Source: Octopus sinensis (Eukaryota). From it: 64,000 nt of DNA. The stretch's first letter is position 1. Each line of letters opens with the position of its first letter. A program made the translations under genes and the position numbers. The stretch lies in the NCBI RefSeq assembly GCF_006345805.1, contig NC_043002.1, positions 109,616,001-109,680,000 of the forward strand, read 5' to 3'. The notes below the pieces were generated by a model. It made no database searches, was not told where the DNA came from, and saw only the letters and a list, made by a program, of their open reading frames with translations. Of the stretch, positions 1 to 12,182 are shown piece by piece.

Positions 1-1925
1 CTCTTTTTTTTAGCCCCTTGTGGGTAGTAAAGAAATAGGTATTTCATCTGCTGTTACGTTCTGAGTTCACATTCCACCGAGGTCGACTTTGCCTTTCATC
101 CTTTCGGGGTCGATTAAATATGTACCAGTTACGCACTGAGGTCGATATAATCGACTTAATCCGTTTGTCTGTCTTTGTTTGTCCTCTCTGTGTTTAGCCC
201 CTTTTGGATAGTAAAGAAATAGGTATTTCGTCTGCCGCTACGTTCTGACTTCAAATTCCACCGAGGTCGACTTTGCCTTTCATCCTTTCTGGGTTGATAA
301 ATTAAGTACCAGTTGCATACTAGGGGGTGGTCAATCTAATCGACTGGGCCCCATCCCACAAAAAGTTCGTGTCTTATACCTAGAATACCTCTTGTATGCG
401 GTGGAGAGTTGAATTGAGATAACAGTCGATCCCCGAAGAATATCTTTTGTTTTCTGTAATATACCTGTTTTTAAAACTAGTTTTGCATGGTTGTAAATAC
501 TAGAATTTGGTAACGGAGGCAACCAGAGATGGCCACAGACAGACAGCCACTTGAGACAAACGGCCAGAGGGAGAAGTTCAATACCAATCAGGTAGGACCA
601 ATGCCTCACTTGAACGGTTAGATTTAGCAACAAACTCCGTGTATGGGAAACTTTAAAAAAAACGTGTTGTCAAACAGAGTATTTGAAACTTTTCAATCAA
701 GCTTTGTATCTAAGTTACCTGCGTCGCCACATTCCTGTTATACTTGTTAGAGACATAGGCGCTATAATGAGAGAGTGTTAGAATGCTTGAATAATTACCG
801 CCAGACATATTTTGACACGGAAAAGCTGGAAAGGTTCGGCTGTTTCAGAATGGAAATTCATCTTATCAAGTATGACCCACGATAGGGTGGTCATCTCATC
901 CATCTTCACGTTTCTGAAGATTAAAATCATGAAGAGTTTATGGTGAATTAAATCTCGAGGTGTATCATTAGCATTACGCAAAAAAAGAAAAAGAAAATGG
1001 AAGAAAAAATGTCACGAAAAACAGCTTCGAATCGTTAAACTTTAGCGCTGTTTATTGTGACGGTTTCGCATTGAACAACATTGCGTGGATGGAAGCACTC
1101 CGTCGGTTACGACGACGAGGGTTCCGGTTGATTCGAATCAACGGAACAGCCTGCTCGTGAAATTAACGTGTAAGTGGCTGAGCACTCCACAGACACGTGT
1201 ACCCTTAACGTAGTTCTCGGGGATATTCAGCGTGACACAGAGAGTGACAAGGCCGGCCCTTTGAAATACAGGTACAACAGAAACAGGAAGTAAGAGTGAG
1301 AGAAAGTTGTGGTGAAAGAGTACAGCAGGGACCACCACCATTCCCTGCCGGAGCCTCGTAGAGCTTTAGGTGTTTTCGCTCAATAAACACTCACAACGCC
1401 CGGTCTGGGAATCGAAACCGCGATCCTATGACCGCGAGTCCGCTGCTCTAACCACTGGGCCATTGCGCCTCCACATTGTGTAACCAGGAACCAGAAAGAA
1501 AAAACAGCCTACAGTTTGAAAACGAAATCAAACAATAAAACTTAATTCGCTTAAATTCCAAGTTATTGACGTTCTGTACAGTAAAGTGTGAGTGAGCGAG
1601 TGTGAGTGAGTGAGTGAGTGTGAGTGAGTGTGTTGGTCTACAGTTTATTGGTATTTATTAAGGACTTAAAAAACAAAACAAAGACAAAAGATTGTCAAGG
1701 GAAATAACTCTGCGAACATTAGCTATAAATATTGGCATTGAAATTCAGAGCAATCTCTTTGTATTTGTATTTGTCTGTCTTGTAATGTAGCCATTCTATG
1801 TTTCGATCCGTAGTGATCTTAATAAAGATTTCATCTCTTTTCTTCCTGTTGTTTTGCTGCGGTGTCCGAAGGCGGTAATAGATGGATAGGGAATAAATGG
1901 TATTGATGATAATCAATACCATTTA

Positions 1926-2160
1926 AGGCGGCGAGTTGGCAGAAACGTTAGCATGTCGGGTGTAATGCTTAGCGGTATTTCGTCTGCGTTACGTTGTGAG
2001 TTCAAATTCCGCCGAGGTCGACTTTGCCTTTCATCCTTTCGGGGTCGAGTAAATAAGTACCAGTTAGGCACTGGGGTCGATATAATCGACTTAATCCGTT
2101 TGTCTGTCCTTGTTTGTCCTCTCTGTGTTTAGCCCCTTGTGGGTAGTATACAAATAGGTA
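1926..2160 (+). mobile_element. SINE family A (GGCGGCGAGCTGGCAG...CTTTGCCTTTCATCCTTTCGGGGTCGAT...); dozens of copies, e.g. 1-330, 4145-4365, 24050-24520, 48455-48670, 56665-56890
   Basis: Highly repeated about 235-bp unit with degenerate tRNA-like A/B boxes; central block resembles the Nin/Deu-type SINE domain (from memory). Confidence 0.85.
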
Positions 2161-2382
2161 TTGATGATAATCATGATGATTGTGGTGATGGTGATAGTTG
2201 GGTGACCGTGGTGGTAGTGTGATGATTTCTTTTTCAAACTCTAAGTTGTTCTTTCTTTTTGATCTTTGGTTACACTCTGTCGGTCACTTCTTTGACGACA
2301 ATGATGGTAATACTAATGATCGTGGTGGCCATGATGATGGCAAAACAAAGCTAAACCATTTAATACCAGAATTGGTTATCAA

Positions 2383-2546
2383 GGCGTAGGAGTGGCTGTT
2401 GTAGTAAGTAGCTTGCTTACTTACGAACCACATGGTTCCGAGTTCAGTCCCACTGCGTGGCACTTGGGCAAGTGTCTTCTACTATAGCCTCGGGCCGACC
2501 AATGCCTTGTGAGTGGATTTGGTAGACAGAAACTGAAAAAAGCCCG

Positions 2547-2585
<39 letters not shown>

Positions 2586-2790
2586 TGTGTGTGTGTGTGT
2601 TTTCCCCCAACATCGCTTGACAACCGATGCTGGTGCGTTTACGTCCCCGTAACTTAGCGGTTCGGCAAAAGAGACCGATAGAATAAGTACTTGGCTTACA
2701 AAGAGTAAGTCCTGGAATCGATTTGCTCGATCGACTAAAGGCGGTGCTCCAGCATGGCCTCAGTCTAAATGTCTGAAACAAGTAAAACTG
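2383..2790 (+). mobile_element. SINE family B (tRNA head, CCTTGGGCAAGT CORE-like block, internal (TA)/(TG)n, GTAAAAGA tail); copies 14208-14620, 15443-15830, 16750-17155, 47128-47705, 57100-57510(-)
   Basis: A-box TGGCTGTGTGG and B-box GGTTCAGTCCC; repeated many times. Confidence 0.85.
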
Positions 2791-5189
2791 TAAGGGTAGC
2801 AGAGTTATTTCCCTTGTCAATTAGTTTCACTTTTTTCTCTTTTTTCCTTCTACAGACTAACAATATGTGTTACAAAGTTAATGACACTGTATATTAAACT
2901 AGCAGTATCGCCCGGCGTTGCTCGGGTTTGTAAGGGAAATAACTATATAAGCATTTTTAGAGATGTAAAGTATAATAGCCATCTCAATATGGCTAACCAC
3001 AAAGGGGGGGGGTGTTACTGTAGCTTTTTACGTTCTGAGATTTAATAATAAATTTTTAGAGAGTTACTTCCCTTATATATGCCAAAAATGCATTAAAAAT
3101 GGGAAAAATTGATGGTTTTTAATCGTAAACTCATCGTAGACGCGCGCTAATACCCAGAAGGGCTCGATATGAATCACGACTATAAGATACCCGGTTTTGG
3201 TTAAACTGCACCGCAAAATGTGGGAGTAGTTAGGAATCTAAATCGTAGGAGACAGACAGCACACAACCTCACTTTTTTATATAAATATTACCGCTTCTCT
3301 AGATCTTGCTTTCTTTTTTCCTTGTCTTCCTCTAGTTTCTTCTTCAGTACCTCCATTCAACTCCACATGCTTTCTTTACATACAGAAATCGTTCTCCTTG
3401 TACTGCTCCTCATTTCGGCGTTCACTGTCCATCACACTCTCCTTCTCTCTCGGTTTATTTTGGCATTTCTCTTTTATCTTAGTTAATACTAGCACTATCG
3501 CCCGGCGTTGTTCGGGTTTCTTTCGACCCTTTAGAATTGGAATTTTTGAAAAGTAAAAATGTTGCATTATGTAGCTTGTTATTCTCTTTAAGTGAACATT
3601 TTTCTGGTTGAAATACACCGAAAAATGGCAACGCAGCAGTCAAAAAATCATAAAAGATAGGGATTTTCATAGAAGAAAAGCACCTTTTTGATGTAAATAA
3701 TTTTTGGTGTTAACATGGTCCGATTTGAATTACATCTTCTACAGACTGAAGAGCACGCCTTCTATCATACTCTCAATTTTGGTCAACTTGCGCCACAGGG
3801 TCTCGGAGGAGATAGTGTTAGTTGAAGGCTACCAAACCTGCCACACACATACTTCAGCTTTATATATGTAGATTTACAAATGCAACAAAAGTGATAGATT
3901 GGCCTAATCGCTAGAGTGACGGACAAAATGTTTTATCCTATTGAGTTATGTAATGTTTATGATCTGAGTTCAAATCCTGCCATAATAGGTTTTGTCTTTT
4001 CTCCTCCTGGTGTTGATAAAATAAGTACCATTGGACTACTAGGGTCAATATAATCGATTGTGGCTCTCTCGCCGGGAAATCTGAAGCTTGGTCATGCTAG
4101 AAATCCAAAATACCATTCAGTATTCGATCACATTTCTCCAGTCTTATTTCTTTATTACCCACAAGGAACTAAACATAGAGGGGACAAACAAGGACAAAGA
4201 GATTACATTGACCCCCAGAGCGTAACTGGTACTTAATTTATCGACCCTGAAAGGATGAAAAGCGAAGTCGACCTTGGTGGAATTTGAACTCAGAAGGTAA
4301 TGGCAGGAGAAATATTGCTAAGCATTTCGCCCGGTGTGCTAACGTTTCTGCCAGCTCGCCGCACATTTCTCCAGTCTTGCTATATCTCTCACTTTCAATG
4401 GTCATAACTTTTTTTTCTTTTTAATGCCATAAAACACCATCACACTTCTTACAGCCATATGTTTTCAGGCAACCACTTTTGCTAGCAGAAGCCCTCTGGA
4501 GGCCTTCCACGCCTTCTTTCTTCTAGCTACAGAACTTTTATTTAAGCAGCTCATGGCTGGCACAAAACACCAGACAAATTAGGTGATTGCCCAAAGTGCT
4601 AAAATGTCAGGGTGCCTCACAAACTCTGAATTAAAAATATAGAAACTTAGTAATAAAAGGAACAGGAGGGGTCACTCTGAACAGAGGAGGATGGAGGACA
4701 GTTATGGCTAGATGAGGGTAGACAAGGAGGACTGTGTTGTGATACAAACTGTCAAATGATTTAGTGTGAAATATTTCAAAATTTGCCAACACATTTATTC
4801 AGTGATATATGGGATCACAAAACTATAGATTTCTTGTTCCCAACTTTTTTGGGGATGCATTGTCAGCTGGTATAAAACAGGGTGATAACAAAGAGGGAGC
4901 TTTAGAAAATGGGCTGAACATTGTATAGGGCCCTTATTATATCACTTAGATCAGTGCTACTTAAGCAGAAAATATGAACCCCACCCTGCCACTGCCCCCC
5001 ACCACCACCAACAAACAAAATAAAAATTGTGAACTTTTGGGGTTTTCTCACTTTTTATTAATCAGAAAACAAAAGCCATTCATATAATTTGTTCTTCCTC
5101 ATGGCATTGGGCAAGTTTAAAATGTTTTAAACTTATCTTAATTTTATCAAACATAAACAAATCGGAATCGAAATTGAACCAATCCTATG

Positions 5190-5571
5190 ACTGGCACCCG
5201 GCAGTTGCCAGGACCGCTGGACTGACTCCTGTGCAGGTGGCAAGTGAAGAAACACCATTTCGACCCTGTGCCGGTGGCATGCAAAAAGCACCATCTGAAC
5301 GTGGCTGATGCCAGTGCCGCCTAGACTGGCTTCCGTGCCGGTGGCACGTAAAATGCACCAATCCGATCGTGGCCGTTGCCAGCCTTGCTTGGCTCCTGTG
5401 CCAGTGGCACATATAAAGCACCCACTACACTCACGGAGTGGTTGGCGTTAGGAAGGGCATCCAGCTGTAGAAACATTGCCAGATCAGACTGGAGCCTGGT
5501 GCAGCCTTCTGGCTTCCCAGACCCCAGTTGAACCGTCCAACCCATGCTAGCATGGAGAACGGACGTTAAAC

Positions 5572-5602
<31 letters not shown>
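5190..5602 (+). mobile_element. RTE 3'-UTR-derived repeat ending in (GAT)n; further copies about 13570-13810(-), 14745-15095(+), 42060-42420(-), 43735-44040(-)
   Basis: Shared AGGAAGGGCATCCAGCTGTAGAAAC...CCAACCCATGCTAGCATGG...TAAACGATGATG. Confidence 0.75.
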
Positions 5603-5608
<6 letters not shown>

Positions 5609-6210
5609 TTGTCTGCTCCTTTTTCAGTCCTTTCAGACTCCACCACCCAGAGGAGTTTGGTCCTTTTCTTTAGAAACATTGACCCATCCTTACTTGTTCC
5701 TGTCCTTTTTTGTATTGTCTAACTGTCCAGATGTTTTGTTGTCACATATTATGGTCTTGTTCCATTTTTTCTTTTATGTATACATACAGCGGTACATACA
5801 CTTTTGGTCTCCTGTGTGTAAATATATATATGTATGTATGAATATATGTGTGCCAGAAACTGCAGTTTTTGATCAGGGAGTAAATTATATTTCAATAATA
5901 ATAAAAGGGTAAAATTAATTAATTAATTAATAATTTTTCAGTTTCTCAAATTTCTTTTTAATTTCATTTTTTTATTGTTTATAATAATTTTTTTTTTACA
6001 TGTATTGCTTAAATTTCATTTCTTTTTGTTAACCTGTTGTTGTTGTTGTTGCTTAGCTCCAGGCCAGCCCTGATTGATCAGGGCTCTGATCAAAGGTAAT
6101 CCAAACACGACCATCCTGTCTTTTTTTTTGTACACCAGGAACTACATTGTTACATGAAAACTTCTTTGTTTGTACATTAAGATAACCTTTTTTAGGTAAA
6201 ATTATACAAA

Positions 6211-6701
6211 TCTATATATATAAAACTGTAGTTGTGTGAGTGTCTGTCCCCTTCGATTTAGATTCCTAACTACTCCCACATTTTGCGGTGCAAATTTGGG
6301 TATCTTATAGTCGTGATTCATATCGAGCCCGTCTGAGTATTAGCGCACGTCTACGATGAGTCTACAATTTTAAAAATAATTTAACATCATTTTTTATTCC
6401 ATTTTAATGCATAATTTTTCATGTGTCGATGGCGGTGGAGTTGGCGTCCATGGTCACACCTGCACCTGTTTGCTTCTCCCCCTTCTTCCCTCCCTCGTGA
6501 AGCTGTGGGGAAGGGAGTGTAAGGAAATCAATGTCGTAAAGCGTTGTCAAGGAGACCAGCGTTCTTTTAGAACGACTTCATGGCTTGAAGACACCAAAAC
6601 AGAAATGGCTAAGAAAGCCCGAATTGGCATCTATAAGGGAAGTAACTCTCTAAAAATGCTTATATAGTTATTTCCCTTACAAACCCGGGTGATACTGCTA
6701 G
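6211..6701 (+). mobile_element. Non-autonomous Helitron (A|TC ... CTAG|T)
   Basis: Starts TCTATATATATAAAA, ends ...CCCGGGTGATACTGCTAG between A and T. Confidence 0.8.
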
Positions 6702-7056
6702 TATTTTATAATTATAAACATAATTATAATCAGGGGTCAGCTAATTGCTTCACCATGCACCAAATTTAGAAATAGGAGCTAAATGCCTTTTCTACTACCA
6801 TAAATGATCTTCCAGACAGTAACACACTTTTTTATATATACATACACACACACACACACACACACACTTAAAACCCTGCTCCAGCACAGAAAAAGTTTTT
6901 CATAGGAAAACACAAGAAAACGTTCAGAGCATAACATACAATTATAAAGAAAACAAGAGTCCAATATCTTTAAATAATGTTTATTAACGAAATCATTTAT
7001 AATAATAATTATAATAATAATAGTAATGATATATATATACATATACATACATATAA

Positions 7057-7088
<32 letters not shown>

Positions 7089-7550
7089 TATACACTCAGT
7101 TTTTATATATACACACATATATGTTTAGTTTTTCATTTGTTCAGGATCCTTAATAATTAACCCCTCGTTTGGTTGTTTTCATATGTTTTACTGTGGGTGG
7201 AGGAGTGCCAGGGTGGGGGTGGGTGGGAAAGAGGCAGAGGAGGTAAGAGACAGTGGAAGGAGGAGTTTGGGTGGGTAGGTTGGGAGGATCCACAGTGTTT
7301 TCATTCATATAGTGGGGGTGGGGTAAGGAGTTGGCGGATGATAATATAGAGCCCTCTTTAAGGGACATTGTTCAAATATGGGAAGATGTTGGAGCGGGGG
7401 GATACAGGGGTAGGTAAAGATTTGTGTTTGTAAGATTTTAAATGATGTGAGGTGATGGTCTCCAAATAGGTTGACCTTCTCAGTACAGAATACACACACA
7501 CAGACACACACACACACGTGTGTGTGTTTATATATATATATATATATATA

Positions 7551-8593
7551 AGTTTGATTTTGCTGCCTGCTTTTCCATGTTAGCATGGAAGGCTGGTAGG
7601 ATTAACGAAGCAGTTTGTTTTAGAGACAGGGGCTCTTCCTGTCCCCTGCTCTATCTTAGTCCCTTCTTACAACACACATGGACACACACCATTTACTTTA
7701 AAACCAGGATATATATATTTATATATATTACTCTTTACTCTTTTACTTGTTTCAGTCATTTGACTGCGGCCATGCTGGAGCACCGCCTTTAATCGAGCAA
7801 TTCGACCCCGGGATTAATTCTTTTGTAAGCCCAGTACTTATTCTATCGGTCTCTTTTGCCGAACCGCTAAGTAACGGGGACATAAACACACCAGCATCAG
7901 TTGTCAAGCAATGCTAGGGGGACAAACACACTCACACAAACACACACACGCATATATATATATATATACATATATACGACGGGCTTCTTTCAGTTTCCGT
8001 CTACCAAATCCACCCACAAGGCTTTGGTCGGCCCGAGGCTATAGTAGAAGACACTTGCCCATATATATATATATATATATATAAGTTTGATTTTGCTGCC
8101 TGCTTTTCCATGTTAGCATGGAAGGCTGGTAGGATTAACGAAGCAGTTTGTTTTAGAGACAGGGGCTCTTCCTGTCCCCTGCTCTATCTTAGTCCCTTCT
8201 TACAACACACATGGACACACACCATTTACTTTAAAACCAGGATATATATATTTATATATATTACTCTTTACTCTTTTACTTGTTTCAGTCATTTGACTGC
8301 GGCCATGCTGGAGCACCGCCTTTAATCGAGCAATTCGACCCCGGGATTAATTCTTTTGTAAGCCCAGTACTTATTCTATCGGTCTCTTTTGCCGAACCGC
8401 TAAGTAACGGGGACATAAACACACCAGCATCAGTTGTCAAGCAATGCTAGGGGGACAAACACACTCACACAAACACACACACGCATATATATATATATAT
8501 ACATATATACGACGGGCTTCTTTCAGTTTCCGTCTACCAAATCCACCCACAAGGCTTTGGTCGGCCCGAGGCTATAGTAGAAGACACTTGCCC
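7551..8593. repeat. Tandem duplication, period 533 bp, separated by (AT)n
   Basis: 7551-8060 and 8084-8593 look identical by eye. Confidence 0.95.
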
Positions 8594-9763
8594 ATATATA
8601 TATATATATATATATAGTTGCAAAGGAGTGAAGAATGGACATTGAAGGAGGGATATATGGGAAGGCTAGATAGAAGACGAGTGAGTATTCTCTACTGAAT
8701 CTGTAATGTTAACGGACATAAAAGATGAAGCACAAATGAGCTGAGGGAAAATATATATATATATATATATATGAAATAAATTGGAATCAGATGGGGTGTG
8801 CAAGAAAGGAGACTGCACTATAATGGAGATGAGAGTCGGGTAAAAAAAAATGCCAAAGAATCTGTCGAAGAGAGGAAGACTACAGAAAAGATGAAGACAT
8901 GATGGAAGATGATTTAAGGAGGGTGAATTGCACAAAGGTGATGACTAAGGAGTACAACAAGTGGCAAGATGCTCTAGTAAAGAAGATCTATCCAACCCAC
9001 ACAAGCTTAAAAGGAATTGATGTAAAGTAACGATAATATGTGTGTGCAGGTGTGTTTAAGGTGTGTATGCAATACAAGAGACATGCAACACCACTTGACC
9101 ATTGGTAGACGTGTACATATTTAATTTCACTCTTCGGAGTGAATGAGAACATGCTGTTGTTATTAATTCTATAGAAAGATTTATATACAGTTTTAAATGT
9201 CAGGTGTATGTCTGTGAGTGCATTATACACCCACCCACAGATCTACACACAGGACATATGTATATATATATATAGACACATACAAACATATATACATGCA
9301 CACACCTATATGTTTCTATACATAATTATATTCATTTATAGTTTTAAAGATGAGAATTCACTGCACAAGTCTTGTTTCTGAGACATCTTGAAGGAGATGA
9401 AAGAGACAGGAAACTCAGAGAAGCAGCAGCAGCACGGTCAGGCCTCAGCTACAGAAAGAATAACTATACTCTACTGCATGGAGTCAGTACTTTTTTTTAT
9501 TGTTTCATCATCAAAATGCATATAAATGATGCATGACTACATAGATGTACACACACACGGATGTATATGTGTGTGTGTGTCTGAGTGTGTATGTATATAC
9601 AAAGTCCTCAGAGCAATAGATCTGAGAGTCTTGACTCTCAAGATAGTTAATCAGTAACTGAGAGTCCCAGTAACTATGTGTGTGTGTGTGTGTGTATGCA
9701 TATATTATACACACACACACATATATACATACATATGTATATGTTTATATCCATATATGTGTG

Positions 9764-9809
<46 letters not shown>

Positions 9810-10787
9810 AACATACATATGCACAAACACTTCCATATGTGTGTGTGTGTGTGATAGACTTTCACTCTTTTCATCTCTCAGATTATACTCATAGGATATT
9901 GGTCAACCCAAGGGTTTGGTGGATGACAAATGCGGGGAATGCTGTATGATGTGATTGAAGCTAGAATCAAATAGCTGCAAAGCAAACATCCATAATAACA
10001 TGTGTAAGGTGTGCATCACCTCTAAATCATGTATTGAGTGCCACCTCTACAGCCTGTACAAGTAAGTTAACTGTATCTATTATATAGAGTGTGTTATGTA
10101 TATATTGAAGAACACCTTGTAGAATGTGTCAATGTTGATAACAGAACAAAAACATTCAGCTATGGGTTTCATGTTTCATGGCAAAACAAAATTCTACAAA
10201 AGTGCATACACACAAAGATAGATATATACACATATATACATTTATGTTTGACAGTTCACTATGTAGAAAAATTGTTTAATTTAGCAAGTGACCACATATT
10301 TATCTCAGAGCTTGCTGGGTGTGATTGGTGGAGGTTTTGCCCTATGAAGAAAGGCATTGCAGCCGCTACGACGCCACCTTGTTATGGATTTGTAAGGCCA
10401 TATTATATAATGTGTCCTTTCCTTTTTTAAAGATGGCTGGGTAAAACTTTGAGGGAAAATTTGGCTGCTACTTCCAGTAGAGGCTCCCTCGTTGTAAGAA
10501 ATGATAGAAGTGCTCTGTAAGAAATGACAAATTCCAACCATAAGATGGTTAAAAAAAAAATTCTTCAAGAAGCAGTGAATTTAACAATATCTGAACAAGC
10601 TCAGTCATCTGTCAGGATTGGTAAAATTCCACAGAGAGGAACTGGTAAATGCCAATCTTGAAGTAGAAGTCTTCTTAATAGAAGCACTGGCAACAGCAGA
10701 TGATGATGTAAGCTGCTGACAGATTTACCTAAACCAAAGGTTGATGACTGCTACAGGAAACGGAAGAAACCTGCTAAGAAATGTCCA

Positions 10788-10792
<5 letters not shown>

Positions 10793-10855
<63 letters not shown>

Positions 10856-10888
10856 GAATTCCACCTTTATTTACCGTGTGCATATATG

Positions 10889-10931
<43 letters not shown>

Positions 10932-10952
10932 GTATATATGTGTATATATATG

Positions 10953-10984
<32 letters not shown>

Positions 10985-10994
10985 ATACATATAT

Positions 10995-11077
<83 letters not shown>

Positions 11078-11135
11078 GTATATATATGTATGTATATATA
11101 TGTATATATATGTACGTATATATATATATCTATAT
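10793..11135. repeat. Compound (TA)n microsatellite; similar tracts at 52720-52970, 53125-53440, 62490-62595
   Basis: Direct. Confidence 0.95.
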
Positions 11136-12060
11136 ACACACATTTACACACACAAGTCGATGTGAAAATGTTGACTGTTAACAAAAGTTTTATATTTTTC
11201 AGTTTCTCAAATTTCTTTTTAATTTCATGTTTTTTTTTATTGTTTATAATAAATTTTTTTTTACATGTATTGTTTAAGTTTCATTTCTTTTTGTTAACCT
11301 GTTGTTGTTGTTGTTGCTTAGCTCCAGGCCAGCCCTGATTGATCAGGGCTCTGATCAAAGGTAATCCAAACACGACCATCCTGTCTTTTTTTTTTTGTAC
11401 ACCAGGAACTACATTGTTACATGAAAACTTCTTTGTTTAAGACCACAGAGTGTGATTTGAGGGAGACATAACTGTTACATCTAGCAAGTACACTCACCCT
11501 CTTGTGGAGAATCATGAGAATTCTTTTTCTGTAGACGTAAAAAACAAAAACATTGGCAACTGTACACATGCATGCATGTGTGTGTGTGTGTGTGTGTGCA
11601 TGCATGTGTGTGTGTGTGTGTGCATGCATGTGTCTGTGTGTGCATGTGTGTGTCTGTGTGTGTGTCTGTGTGCGCATGTGTGTGTGTGTGTGTGTCAGTG
11701 CACATGTGCACTTTCTGATTGGCTTGGAATCAGTGGAGAACAGCGAGAAGCTCGAATGGCATATTGCGCAGCAATTGAGGGTCTGGGCCCTTTTATCTTA
11801 TCTGTCCTACATGGACCATTATTCCTGCTGTAAAGTGGGTTCCGAAACTTCCGTTACTTGGATAAAAAAACATCAGGGTAGATAGAAACGGTCGGAATGA
11901 AAAGGTGAACTGGAGTTTCTTCCTGGTTTGGTCCCCCGATGATGAACAGAAAACAACAACAACAACAACAACAACAACAAAACATACACACACAAACGCA
12001 CATAAAAAAACCTGCTCTCTCTTTCTCTCTCTCCCCACACACACCCCCACAATCCGTCAG

Positions 12061-12182
12061 CTATTTCGGTTTACGGCAATGTTTCTTGAGTAAAAACACG
12101 CAGATCATTGACCCAATAATAATGGCTGTCAGTGGAACGACGACAGTGATGATGATGATGTTGTTGTTGTTGGAGGTTTCAT
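12061..12182 (-). CDS. CRIM1: Terminal TM exon (DETSNNNN-IIIITVVVPLTAIIIGSMICVFLL-KKHCRKPK*)
   Basis: ccttgtctctttcag acceptor, phase 1; 24 hydrophobic residues followed by a basic stop-transfer segment; VVVP motif as in human CRIM1 TM (VVVPII). Confidence 0.8.

Noticed and set aside
4400-4650. Possible downstream cytoplasmic-tail exon (ttcag acceptor near 4626)
   Set aside because: Stops early in all three phases.
10741-11338. Long ORFs rich in YIYI, HTHT, CVCV or poly-Y/N (also 48027-48458, 52482-53445)
   Set aside because: Translations of (TA)n, (CA)n and (AAT)n microsatellites.
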